DNA of 64,000 nucleotides from Seison nebaliae (lineage: Eukaryota), in contig JALJEE010000561.1 of assembly GCA_023231475.1 (NCBI GenBank), positions 1 through 64,000 of the forward strand, in the 5' to 3' direction. Positions 1 through 12,850 of this stretch are shown here, one piece after another. Both the position numbers and the translations under genes were made by a program. How positions within the stretch are numbered: position 1 is the stretch's first letter; each line of letters begins with the position of its first letter. Under the pieces are notes generated by a model, which had not been told where the DNA came from, ran no database searches, and was given only the letters and a program-made list of their open reading frames with translations.

Positions 1-1199
1 AAAAGCAAACTCCTATTGCACAATAATGATTTCCATATTATTTCTATTAAAATTTTCCAAAAAATTCCATCCATCATGTTCGCCGAGTGCAGTGGTTACT
101 TCATATTCAAAAAATTTCAGTAAAAATTGTCTTTGAAAACAGCCTTGAACTACAGTACGATACCGAACAATTTTAATAGATAATAAAAATTTATTTCCAG
201 TTTTACATTTATTTTTTTTTTCTTTTATTTGTTGTTTGAGACTGATTTGATATAGATAGGGACTTTTCTCGCAAGATTAGAACTCTCTTTCATTAGAACT
301 TTTCTATGGGAAAGGTAAAAGGTTAATAGAAAAAAATCATTGAAAATTATAATTTTCAATGTAAACGACTATTGTTTAATGTATCTTCGGAACTTCCTTA
401 AACAGAAAGTTAAACTACTTTTTAATCGACTTATCAATTTTTCTGATTGTGCTAAATCACGACATAATTGGCTAAATTGTGTCAGTGATATAATATGCAA
501 CAGTACTAGGAGATTGTGGTCAGCTACAAAACCAAAACGCTTCAGATTTTCCATTAACTAATCTCGAGGACGAGCTTTTTCAAACGGGAGGCATGTAGGA
601 CGAGCAAAAAAAGTAGAATGAAAATAGAAATAAGGAAACATGGGGGAATATCCATTATAATAAGCTGGTGAAGCATTGAAGATAGAGATCAATTCTTATC
701 GCTAGTTTGGTTCATGATATATTGATAAATTGAACATATCCTGACACTTGACTGACTATAGTTAGTATCTTTTCCTTTCAATCATTCCCGATGAAGGTAA
801 TTGTTTTTCAATTAGTTTATACTTATATAATACTATAAAAGTAATTTCTTCAAATTTTGATAATATTTAAATACCGTATTGTTATGACATCAAGGATCTA
901 ATTGAAAGTAGATGGACAAACGTATAGAGAGAATGTTTGTTGACATTTCAATCGACATAAAAATTATTGAAATGAATGTCACCAATTTTTCCGCTAAATT
1001 ATTTGTGTTTCATTATAATTCCATTGGAAAGCGAAATACCACATAGATACTTTTCAACTAATGGACATTGATCGCCTTTGGGTCAAATCGATCGAATGAA
1101 GTTATTTTTGACTGAAGTTCGTATACAAAAATGGTAGTTTTACTCCTTTTAAATTTTAGAAAGTTAAACATATAATTTTCGAAGAACAATTTAATAAGG

Positions 1200-1567
1200 A
1201 TGAAAATGTTAATGATTAAAATATTGATATTTGGTTAGTGATGGTTTTTCAAAATTTTCTGTCTTCATTTTTTTCCGGAGTTATGTGCTTATTCGTCTAC
1301 GGTAGCTGTAAGGTTTGCGAATTTAAAGGACGAATCATAGATAGTGATCCTACCGAAATTGACTGTGAATTTTGTATGTGTAAAAGTGGTGCAGTTGTAT
1401 GTGAATCTCAATGTGAACCGGTTACTTGCGACCTAGATGAAACAAAATTCACTTCTGCTAATGGTTGTTGTGAAATATGCATGGGTTACCATTTAAATTT
1501 TTAAGATGGAAATTTAATTCAATCCGAAATTTTCCTTCTCACAGCAATACCATCGTCTCAGAAATAA
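1200..1567 (+). CDS. Small secreted single-VWC (von Willebrand factor type C) domain protein, 86 aa, 3 exons
   Basis: Exons 1200-1233, 1281-1484 and 1545-1567 join in frame (261 nt). Translation: MKMLMIKILIFVMCLFVYGS (signal-peptide-like), then CKVCEFKG...DCEFCMCKSGAVVCESQCEPVTC...GCCEIC-MAIPSSQK*. It has the CxxCxC and CCxxC VWC motifs with canonical 10-Cys spacing. The first acceptor is an unusual GAG. Confidence 0.7.
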
Positions 1568-3036
1568 TTTGTGTTTTCAATACGAACATTTTGGAATTCT
1601 AATGGAAATCTTTCACCTAAGCATATTAATCTTTTATAGTCTAACACACATAGTAATAATTCGAAAAAAAGATAGATATGTATATGAACATAGATATATA
1701 TTGTCTTCTTTATTTTCACTAATATATTACAATAAATTTTATGAAGTAATTTTTCTTTATTAAACTATTGCACCCCAATCGCGATTCGAGTTCGGATAAT
1801 AAAATGAAAATAAATTTATTAGAAAAATTTAAAAAGAAAATAATAATAAAATTCTCATATTAATAAAAAGTGATTTAGGTAAAAGTTGATCCTTTCGTTT
1901 GGGGTGAAATTTCCATTTGCAATTTTTGCTCTTTCCAATGTGGTTATCTTCATGGTTATAATATTCTCCCCGTATAATTCTTCGATGAATTCCAAAGGGA
2001 AGTTGTTCATTCAAGAAATTCCATCGCAATAATTGGAAAATTAAATTTGGCATTTTGGCATATCATCATTTTCTAATTTATTGTGCCTATTTAATTTGTA
2101 GAAATTGTTTGGGGGATTTAATTCTCCAGTGAGTTCCAAAGAGGAGTTGTTCACTGAAGAATTTCCTATTCCTCTTATTTCCAAGAATAACACCATTTTT
2201 CTCCTGAAAAATCATTAGACATATATTCGGGACAATCTTCAATATCTAATTCATAAAAATTTTGAAGGATTTTGATGAGAATGGTGAGAGCATGTTGTAT
2301 CTGACGGTCCGAACATTACTGACCAATCGACAATATCCATTTTAACTTTATTCGTTCGGATTTAGTGATATATATCCTAACATACGTGTACCTATAATAC
2401 TACACACCAAATGGAATGAAGTGGTAAATTTTCATCAACTCTCTTATGGTACACGTGTCGAAGGAAAAAGAATATTCCAGAATATTCGTTTACGAATTAT
2501 TAACGTTCAGTAATATAATGAGCTTATAATTCAAGTTCTTTCAAGAAAGAAAATTATTCATAATTACTTATTGGAGAACAATATTTTACTTTGAACAATA
2601 CATTTAACAAAGCCAGACATTCTTACAACATCCGTCCCGTTCAGAATATAAAAATTTATTGCCATATCGTTCTTTTATTTTTCCAGCATGGTTCACAAAG
2701 TCAAAAAGTTGTTTACGTAATTACGAACTGTTTTTATAAAAAATGAAGAAGAATATTTTCACTCCAAAAAAAATCCAGACAATATGAATTGTTGATTTAT
2801 TTAAGAAATCAGTTAATAATTTAATAGGGAAAAAATAAAAATATATAAAATTTTTTTACTACTCAACAAAATGATATGGTATAAAAACAAAGGAGTATAT
2901 TAAATCCTATTATTAATCGTATTAAATTAAATATTAAATATTAAATAATATTGTACAGACTATTAAATATGAAATTAAAAATGAAGAAACGTTCGAATTA
3001 GATAAAATTTCAAAAATTTAAAAAGGTATCATAATC

Positions 3037-3368
3037 GAACGACAGACAATTCGGAGACGCGACAATTCGGAGACCCACTATTCGGAAGCATTGTGATGTA
3101 GGAGTTGTGTTTTCAAAAATAAAAGCTGAATTGTAATCTAGTAATACTAGATTTTGAATCTAGATAATATATATATCTATCAATCTACATACAACAATAC
3201 TAGACTAGTATTGTCAAATTTGCATTTAACAATTTTTTATCTTAAATCGTATGTATTAAAAGGCATCGTACTAACATATCGTAAGTAATATTTTTAACAA
3301 GAAAAATTACCATCTTGTTACACTATTCACTACAATATTAAAAATGGTCTCCGAATTGTCTGTCCCCC
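3037..3368. mobile_element. MITE (Mutator-like, non-autonomous) with 9-bp TSD
   Basis: Inverted repeat GACAGACAATTCGGAGAC (3041-3058) / GTCTCCGAATTGTCTGTC (3347-3364), with internal ACAATTCGGAGAC subrepeats. Direct repeat ATCATAATC at 3028-3036 and 3369-3377. Related end fragments at 53579-53626 and ~15705-15716. Confidence 0.75.
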
Positions 3369-4486
3369 ATCATAATCGACTACTCCAATCAAGATCAATG
3401 ATGACTTTCGTAGTTTTACTTTTCCATCCTTAATCTTCGGCAATCTTCCTGTTTCTCCTTTCTTCAATTCCCTAGAATGTCGTTCTAATCAAATTAAAAT
3501 TATTTACAATTGATTATTCTGTACAATTAAATTTCAACGCATTGTTTCCTCCGTCAGTGTCATTGTTCATGCGAAAAAGATTTGAAATTGCGAGATTCTA
3601 ATTGGACTACAAATTAGAAGTAAAGGAAGGAAAAATGTCTGAAAAAGCTTTTTTCATGCTTTTGTTATATACTTTCCTTCAAAATACTCATAGCAGGTTT
3701 TTGCTTTCGGAGAAGAGATTTGTCCAATAGAAGAGTCTAATAGAGTCTTGATATAGAGTCGATTGAATATAGGATGGAATGATATTCATTGATTTAACTT
3801 GATTTCGTTCCTAAAACTTTTGTTTTCTTTTTATTATCCATTTCTTCAATTTTTAACGGTAGGTTATTATCCTGTTTTCTATCTATCGTTAGAATTCCCG
3901 TCGGGATAAAAATGAAAAACAGGAGAAACAATTATTATCGTCCTCGATGTCAATATAATGTCGTAATTGATCGAAGGAATCATGATCGATAAGATCTCAT
4001 ATTTATAATAGATATTAAGTATATTAGAACAAGAAAGAAAATATGAGAAAAATGATTGTAGTCTGAAAATGTTTTCGATAGTTGTTATTTGAAAAGTAGT
4101 CCCGTTCTAACATAAAGAAGAATCACAAGAACTAGAGTTATAAACAACGACATTATTATAAAATGATATTATGAAAATTAATGTAAGTTATTGTGAAAAA
4201 GTTAAAGCTTCTTCTTTAATTTTGCATTATCTTTTGTTCTTCCCATATCTCTACTAAGAGGAATAAGAAAGAACTAGGGAAAATTCTAGTTGAAAATTTA
4301 GTTTAAGAAAAGTAAAAAAAAATCGAATTGGAGAGTTCTTATTTTGACATTGTTTATTTGTTAAAATATTATTCATTCTACTTTCGTAGATAAATAGGAA
4401 TTTTTTATAGTTTAATTTTGTGAATAATTGAACGAGATTATAAATTAATCTTCACTCTTACCATTTGGAGAATTTGAAAAGGAATA

Positions 4487-7400
4487 ATGAATAGAAAATT
4501 CGATCATCTACTCGGTTAGTTTTCGTGTTTTATTGAAACGCCAATTAATATTGGAATGTTTATTCAAAACGGCCTTTCTCTTTCGCAAATTTGTTTGTGG
4601 TCGATGTCCTCATCATTTACAGAGAAGGCATGCAGTGTGCTAATTGTGGAGCCGGATGTATTTTCGAATTTGGAGATTTGTGATCTAATAAGACAGAATG
4701 ATGTGAAGTTATAAATATAATTGATTTATTCATAAAACATCAATTATTCATTCTTCTTCAGATCGAAATATGCGATGAATCAAATTCGAAAGAAACTTGC
4801 ATCAACTACTGGTCATTCACTTTTGTTGACGATTCAGTTGTTGGATATGGTGGTGAAGAATTGTGGTGCAATGGCTGCGATTGAGATTAATGATGAATAT
4901 ATTACAATTTTTAATGGGATTATTTCAGTTTCTTTTCATAATTTCTTGAGTTATCTTTAACAAATTTTTTACACAGAATAATCAAGATCCAATTCGAAGG
5001 AATTCTTTACAATTCATTCAATCTGTTGCTCTCGGATTCAAGAAAGATGTTCGCTTCCAACACATCAATCATATGTATCAACAATTGATAATGAGTGGAT
5101 ATTCGTTTGATAAAGTAAACGAGTCAGAAGCGATGTTTGAAACAAATTTACCACCCCTATGGACGGAAGGAGACAAATGTTTCTGTTGTAAATCATCGTT
5201 CACTCCATTCACTCGTAAAGTTTCTATTCTTCTTCTTTCTTCTATAATACCTTCTATTCATTCTCTTCAGCATCATTGTCGTAATTGTGGACAAGTGTTC
5301 TGTAATGCATGTTCGTCAAAGACGATTTCGATATTGAAATATAATTTCACTCAACCGGTTCGCGTTTGTGATACTTGCTACCAATTAGTACTCAGGTTAA
5401 TGATAATGCATTATTATGAAATAGATAAATGAAATTCGTTTAGTGGAGAGAATGATTTAGTCCATGAGAGTAGTGCACGACCTAACATCAAAAATTTGAT
5501 GGACGAACCGAATTTGACGAATGATCATATTGATTCGGATTTGAAGAAAGCGATGGAATTGTCGATTAAGGAAGCGGAAGTCGAGAAAAAGAAACGAGAT
5601 AAATTTTCTAATTTTTTAAAAGAGGAATCCACTGCACTGAAACATCATCCGACGAAGACGGAGACGTCATCCGCTCCATTATATGTTAGTGAATTTTATC
5701 AGATTCTGTTTTTGTCGATTTGCATTTCAACGGAATTCTCTCTCCAAATACACATAGTTTGTAATATGATAATAGACTAAGGAATTTTGACAATATTGAT
5801 TTTTAAATATGGAATTCTCTCTTGGAATTTTTTTTCTCTATTAAAAATAAAGAAAAATGGAGAAAAGAGAAAAATGTTATGGAAGTTGTTTATAAGAGAG
5901 AGGAAGAGAGAGAATGAATATAATAATTTTATTATTCCCCAATAATTTCTACTTTTCCTATTACTTTAATAATGAATGACTCATTTGTTTGATTTCTCTT
6001 TATAGCCGGTTGCTAATTTTACTGAAGCTGAATCGGCATCACCTGAAATTGCTGCGTATATGGAAGCGACAAAGAAGTGGCAAGAAACCATCAGTTCACC
6101 AATAAACGATAAATTGTTGACGGTTGATAATTCGGAGATGGCACAATTGTCGTCAGTAAATGAAAGCAAGAACGATAATAATTTGTTGGGGGATGTGACG
6201 ATTACGAGTGATGGAACTCAATGGTTTGTAAATTAATTGGAATTAGTTTTATGAAATTATCTAGGAAAAAAAATTATACGGAAGTTGATGCATTCATTGA
6301 TTTGATGACGAAATCATTACAAGTTTTCAAAAATCGAATGATGTCCGATTTTAATCGAGGACGATCAATTAGTACGGATACGGCCGTTCAATCAATATTT
6401 CTTAATGTTCAACATAGTCATCCGAAATTGTTACAATACATTAAATTGAGAGAAGAAGAAAGAAGTTAAATTTTTTTTATTTTTATAGAGAATAATGAAA
6501 AAGAATATTGATTGATAGCTTATTATGAATCATTACAAGATAAGTTGACTAGTTTGAGAGAAGCGAGAGAAGCTTTGGAGTCGTTGAGACAGGAATATGC
6601 AAAGAAACGAATGAGAGAGGCTGCTGAACGACAACAAGTGAAACAAGCGGAAATGCAAAGAATGGTGGAACAGATGAGAAAACAGAAATCGGAGTATTTG
6701 GAATATCAACGTCAACTTCATTTGAAGAGAATGGAAGAACAGAATAAGGAGACGAAAGAACGATTATTGCAACAACGAGCTGCTTTCACATCATCTACTC
6801 CGAATAATCCATATGGAATTTCCGAACAATCTTTTACAAGTGTAAATCAAACATTAAGTAATCAGACAGGTATGGGAACGATGTTACATTCACAACATCC
6901 AACAACAGGTTTTCCCGTCGAGTTTCCACGAGCATTTCCCATTAACATGCCAATGAGACCACCGTCTGATAGTGGCGTCAATCAGTCAAGCCCATTAATG
7001 TCATACATGGAAGTGCCACCACGGGAAATGACAACACAACCAAACATGATGCAACCTTTAACAGTTCCATATCATCCTCAACAACCAAATGTTAGCATGC
7101 AACAACAAAGGCCAACTGGAGTAAATTATCAACAACCGTTTAATCCACATCAAAATTATCCGTATAATACAGCTCTTCAACAACAACAACAACCAGAGCA
7201 ACGTCCTCAATTTTCTTTTCCACAACAATCCTTTCCACATCAACCACAACACCAACATCTACAACAACAACAACAACAGCAGTTTTTGCAACAACAACAA
7301 CTACCGTTCTCACAACAACAACAAGAACAACGTCCACAACAACGTCCACAACAACAACAACAACCACCACAACAACGTCCACAACAACAACAACAACCAC

Positions 7401-8148
7401 CACAACAACGTCCACAACAACAACAACAACAACTCTATCAACAACCGCAACAACAATATAATACAATTCCACAACATATATCACAAGAAAACCCACAACT
7501 TTCTCGAGTGGCGTCACAAGATCGAGAAATTTCAAATCCATATAATACTGTTCAAGCGAAAGTTAGTGATGTGGCTCAATTCTCTAAACCGGATGAGCAA
7601 AAATCGTCTAATGATCTAGAAGTGAATAGTAAAGTACAAAATATGTCGGAAAATAATAATAATAATAAAATTGGAATAGATAACATGAGACAAATAGGAG
7701 AAGATCTCCAAATGAAGCAAAATACGATACTTTCAGTCGATGAGAAAGTGGAGAATGTGGAACTTTTAAAAGGTATTCAATTATTTAAATTTCCAATAAC
7801 ATTCTTTTCTTTCCAGATGAAAATGAATATGGTGCCGACTATAATAATCGATCGAATGTTATAAATTTATCGTTGGAGGACGTGAAGGACACTCTCGTGA
7901 ATAACAATCAAATAGTCGATGATAACCAGGTGGATGGAAGTGGAATATCAGCAATATTTAATAATCTTTCCTTCAAACAACCGACTGATCTATCTAATAC
8001 TGAAGGAACGGTCAATAATCAGTCATATCCCATAAATTCTTCACAGTTTGTGAATCATGGGGAACAGGAATTACGAGACTTTGTGACGGCTCAAGAAAAG
8101 GAGATGATGAAAGATACGAGTCAAATGTTGATTCAATTAGAAGAATGA
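4487..8148 (+). CDS. HGS: Hepatocyte growth factor-regulated tyrosine kinase substrate (Hrs/Vps27, ESCRT-0), ~963 aa, 10 exons
   Basis: Exons 4487-4514, 4623-4707, 4762-4927, 4977-5219, 5271-5395, 5444-5684, 6006-6223, 6265-6464, 6519-7772 and 7817-8148 join in frame (2892 nt). Domains: VHS (FDHLLEKACS..LEICDLIRQ..VVKNCG), FYVE (W..CFCC..RKHHCRNCGQVFCNACS..PVRVCDTC), UIM (DSDLKKAMELSIKEAE), GAT/coiled coil (RGRSISTDTAVQSIF; YYESLQDKL..REAREALESLR), Q/P-rich tail, and C-terminal clathrin-box-like LIQLE. Confidence 0.95.
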
Positions 8149-11100
8149 ATTAGATGAATTTAGCTGATTAATTCTTTTTTTTTTGAATAAAATTTTTCAG
8201 AAAAATAAAAGGAGGAATATGTGTTCGAATTGTGATGATACATAACAGGAGAATAAGATTTTTTCAAATAAATCGATGAAAGGCATAAGATGATGGTCAT
8301 TAGCAGATTATGTCTTAATTTCTTCTATTAATAAATTTAGTTAAATTATTTCTCTTTTATAAGAAGCAAATTCTTTTTTATTAGGAAATTGTTGTTTAGA
8401 TATCTTACTCCCATTCTACATCCAATACTTACCTACCTTCTCCTCTTTTTCATCCTCCTCCTCTTTCTCCATTCTAGACATTTTTAAGAATATTCTTCAT
8501 GCGATTGTCAGACATTAAGAATATCTTCAAACAATTCGATTAGGAAATTCCAATTGATAATTATAATACGAACTCTAAATCCAATTCATTTTTCAATATT
8601 CACTCGAATTCTTCTTTCCTTCTCCTATTAATGCTGTTCTCATTATTTTATGTCGAATGGAATTATCCGATTAATATTAGGAAGGATCATCACATTATTT
8701 TCTATAATTTTACTTCAATTCACTCTGAAATAATTCCATATTCATATCACCATTAATCGATCAGTGTTCATGCTTTTTAATACTATGATGTCGATATAGT
8801 GGGTGGATCATTTGAAATCGCTCCAAATATCCAACGATATCCGTGAATTTTTAAATTATCATATTGATTCTCTTGTCTGCCATATATCGAATCAATTATA
8901 TCGAACTAATTATATCGAACTTATTTCTCTCTTAACTCGATGTGTATGTGTATTTTTTTCTTATTCCCTAATCGGTCATCATTTCCTACTATTAGTAGTC
9001 GCTTACGTTTCGTTTAATAAACAATTGTCTCATACTTGCGATGGTGAGTAGATCGGTGCAAGACATTAACAGACAAAGGAGGATGAGATAAATTGAATAA
9101 ACGAAATTAAATTAGTTAAAATTAGAAATATGTCAAAGGTTCTTCTCGGGAGAGTTCTGTCCTCTTTCATCCTAATCCATTTCTATGGTTCAGTCCAAAT
9201 GGAAGTTTAATGAGTTTGTAGATTTATATGATTCTAATGATATCGGACATATCATCTAAGGATCCATTACATGATTGCATCCAACTCATCTATAGTGAGT
9301 ACGATCTTTCTCTCAATCTAAACGTTTTCTCCAATCATTCCAATCATCTCGAATGTGTACATTCATTTTGACAGACATATAAGTTCATTTTCCACAATTT
9401 ACTCTCCATCATTTGTTCATTCTATTCCATATGATTCCAATGCATCTCTATGTATAGCACCCATAATCATCTCTAACGATTATTAACTAGATTATTGTAA
9501 TTTCATTAAAATAAGAAAATATTTCGAAGAGGAAAGAAAAATGAAAAAATGTGTCATACCATCCTTCCAAATATATTTATCGTCCTACAATTCATTGATC
9601 CTAATATGGAGATTAGAGGAACCATTTACTAAATTTAGATTAGGAGGAGATTAAGAAAGTTTTCCTTCCACCTACGAATCAATTTTTTTGTTTCTCCTCT
9701 TATCACTGACATAATTTACGACTAACAAATTAAGTACTTTCTTCAACGACTCTTCTCACATTTCATCATATTTTGATTTCTTTTCTCCTTCTAACTTCCA
9801 AATAGGAAATCTTTCAGAAAACTATTCTCGATCAAACTGACGATTTGTCAAATCAGATTAAATTCTTCTATCCTATAATTAATAAATCAATTCTTCAGCT
9901 ATTTCGAATCTAAATTATAGTTTCTTTCTTTAAATTTTTTCAAATAGTTTCTAACATTTAAAATCTGATTTTTTGATATTTCTTTTAAGAATTAAACATC
10001 CACTAGAAGAATTGGGAATTGGAAATTTAAAAAGGAAAGGAATTTAAAAAAAAGAAGTAAATTGAAAAAGGTAAGTGTGGTGGTGTTGTTGTTTATATGA
10101 TGTAAGTAAAGAAAAATATGGAATTTATAGAATTGAAGTGTAAATTTTAATGTTATTTGTAGGAGAACCGAGTTAATCGATATCGAGGAAGAATATCTTG
10201 TTCATAAATATATTATGCTTTAACTGTCGTTTCCATATTCGTCATTGTCTTGTAGGAAACGTGATAAGTGAGTGTATATGATTAATGTAGATGTGGGATG
10301 GAAATAGATCAATTAGTGCACATGAAAAAGATAAACTGAAGTTTACACTTCATTGTGATTATATGAAATTAAAACTTCGAAATCTAGACCGGAAAATGTT
10401 AGTTAGTTATTAATATTTGATTAGGAATGTCTATAAAGAATGATGAGAGTTGTGAACTGTTGGGTTGGTTGAAAGTAGAATGAGAGAATTGAAGAAGAAT
10501 TGAAAGGGAAAATTTTAAGATAATTAAGTGGTATGGTTAAATTAAGGTGATTTGAAAGCTAGTGAGAAAGAACCGTCATAATGATGATGATGATTGATGG
10601 ATGATTCATTTTGACTGGGATTTGGTGGAGAGTAACTGTTGGAAAATTATTATGAATGAAAGATTAATCTGATTATGCTAATGATAATAATGGATTAGAA
10701 AATATCGATCTTTCTCTTACATAATTACATATCTAACTGGCACATGGTCGGTAGAATAGAATTACAAATAATTATATGTAAAAAATGAGTAATAAGTTGC
10801 ACGTATTCGAATTCATCAGATAATCATAATTATGATACTTAATTGGTATAATCTAAAAGAAGAATTTCATAATTATACTTCTCCCATCATAAGACGATAG
10901 AATTGAATTGATCTGATAACAATTACGTTGTAGAGGAACTTCCTGTTGAACATGCAACAGCATATACTCAGTGAATGTGAGTAGAGTCGTGATTGGAATG
11001 GACGAGAGAAATGATTTATACTAATTTCCCCATCGACCGATGTGATGTGGAGAAGCATATCACACGAGAAATACAAACAAATAGAATCATAAAGAACGGA

Positions 11101-12524
11101 AGTTTCATTGAAAAAAATGAGAGGGCCTTTAATAAGAATGAAAAGAAATTTCTTTTATTTTCATCAATTTTCCATTTGTTAGATAAGGATGCCGAAGATC
11201 ATGAAATATAGGCAACAAATCTAATGAACAATAATATTGGAATACGGTTCATATGTGAGATAATCGAAGTGGATCGAAACAATATTTATTATTTCTCCTG
11301 TTACTTCTTCTTCTTTTTCTTTTAGAGAACTTTTATCCATTTTATCGTTCGACATTAATATTCTCTGAGATTTATTCGTTCAATGCAAATCTTATTGATC
11401 TCTCACTATCGTCTTCCTTTCTCCTTCCCAATACGCTATGGTTGGGTTTGCCCCGAATGAATAGCATCGTTTAAATCGAATGAATTAATGTACTATAATT
11501 TTCATATAACTAAACAATCAAGTTATCTCATCATAATATTATGAATGACTATCTCAATATAACAGAATTATCATAATGAGATTTCAATTAGAAATTGTTT
11601 ATATTAGTATAGCACATTTCGATGGAGTTGAGCAGTCCTCCACATTGTTCTCTTCTGGTTGTATCGTTTGCTCTAATGGCAATTGCACAAAATTTTATTC
11701 TTTTTCAATGTGTATTCCCATCACCACCATCATCATCATCATCATCGTTCACTTTCTATTATCATTCATTATATAATCTGACATTCCACTTTCTTCCAAT
11801 ATCTATTTGTTCTTAGAAAGTTTTACCCCAAAAATTTTATAACCTTTCTCCTAAAACCAACAATTTTAGTATTTTCTAAGCTGACCCATCGTTCCAGTAA
11901 AAAAATTCATTCAATTTTCTTCAATTTCTTTTAAAACTTCAATTTCAAACGACGCTTTATTCTCCAATTATTCAACTATCAAGAGAATATATTAAAATGA
12001 GAAATTTATTCTTCAATTTCCACTACCGAACAACTGATCGACCATCGTATTCTCCAACGTGCCAACTTTATGAGGTCGTTAAAAATTTGTATATCGATTT
12101 CATGAGTCTAAATGAGAAACAGTTCCAAATGACTTAGCTTTTGAAGGAAAACTTTATTTTTTGTTGGAAATCATTATGGCGAAAAGTAATTGTAAAAAGT
12201 AGTTTAAGTTGTTAATAAACAATCTTCATCATTCCGTTCTATGCGCACGAGTCAAATTTGTTTCTTCATTCGCTTATTCATTACTAGTTTTTCTTCGTCG
12301 TTGATCGAAATGGAAAAGGTGTAACTAGTTTTTTTTCATTCTTTCTATGTAAACAACTCTAATTTTTTGTTCTCATTCATTCTCAAACAAATGTCTGCCA
12401 TCCAAAAATTGATAGGATTAATTTCATCGTCTTATCTCTCATGTGAATGGAATGATTGGAGATTTCACTTAAACATTTCTTCAATCTCTCGGAACTTCGA
12501 TCATAATCGGATAAATATTTTATT

Positions 12525-12588
12525 AAAAGAAAATTTTGTTAAAAGAAAATTTTGTTAAAAGGAAATTTTGTTAAAAGAAAATTTTGTT
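12525..12588. repeat. Minisatellite, 4 x 16 bp (AAAAGAAAATTTTGTT)
   Basis: Units start at 12525, 12541, 12557 (one mismatch) and 12573. Confidence 0.85.
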
Positions 12589-12618
12589 GAAAAACCGTTT
12601 TTTTAATTTACCATTTTT

Positions 12619-12850
12619 TAGTGCTGTACACACGAACACGAATAAAAATGGACTACTTATTTCCGATCTGGTCCGATAAACTAGCCGTAGTAGTTCCTTG
12701 ACATTGACTAAATCAAACCAAATCTAGTTTTTGACAATTAGTTGTTCTGGAACATCTATAAATTTTTTTATGTATACTGTTCGAACGCATGTTCCTATTT
12801 TGTTCCCATTTTCTTCTCAAACACCCTTTCCAAAAATTTTACAAATTTTT
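12619..12850. mobile_element. Isolated terminal fragment of the hAT element found at 26209
   Basis: TAGTGCTGTACACACGAACACGAATAAAAATGGACT at 12619 versus TAGTGCTGTTCACACGAACACGAACAAAAATGGACT at 26209 (2 mismatches). Patchy similarity continues to ~12850 versus ~26380 (e.g. TCGAACG..TT.CT.ATTT.GTTC and AAAAATTTTA). Confidence 0.65.

Noticed and set aside
1975..2170. Imperfect ~50-bp direct repeat (TAATTCT..TGA.TTCCAAAG.G.AGTTGTTCA) at ~1977 and ~2118
   Set aside because: Only two diverged copies, with no TSD or terminal motifs. Likely an old local duplication.
2280..2460. Possible decayed LTR-retrotransposon integrase (VVSDGP, YYTPNG..FHQL-like pieces)
   Set aside because: The motifs are short and need several frameshifts. 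This cannot be supported without a translated HMM search.
7140..7541. Minus-strand poly-Val ORF, and similar poly-I/L/V/C/S ORFs at 39318-39915, 49573-50403 and 51480-52752
   Set aside because: These are antisense or alternative-frame shadows of CAA/AAT/CAT trinucleotide runs inside real plus-strand genes.
9180..9300. Minus-strand IYKLIKLPFGLNH resembling the gypsy RT motif Y.F..MPFGL
   Set aside because: It is a single motif with no YxDD or other RT block nearby, so it may be chance.
12525..12588. Regularly spaced repeats considered as a CRISPR-like array
   Set aside because: Head-to-tail units with no unique spacers, in a eukaryotic context with no cas genes.
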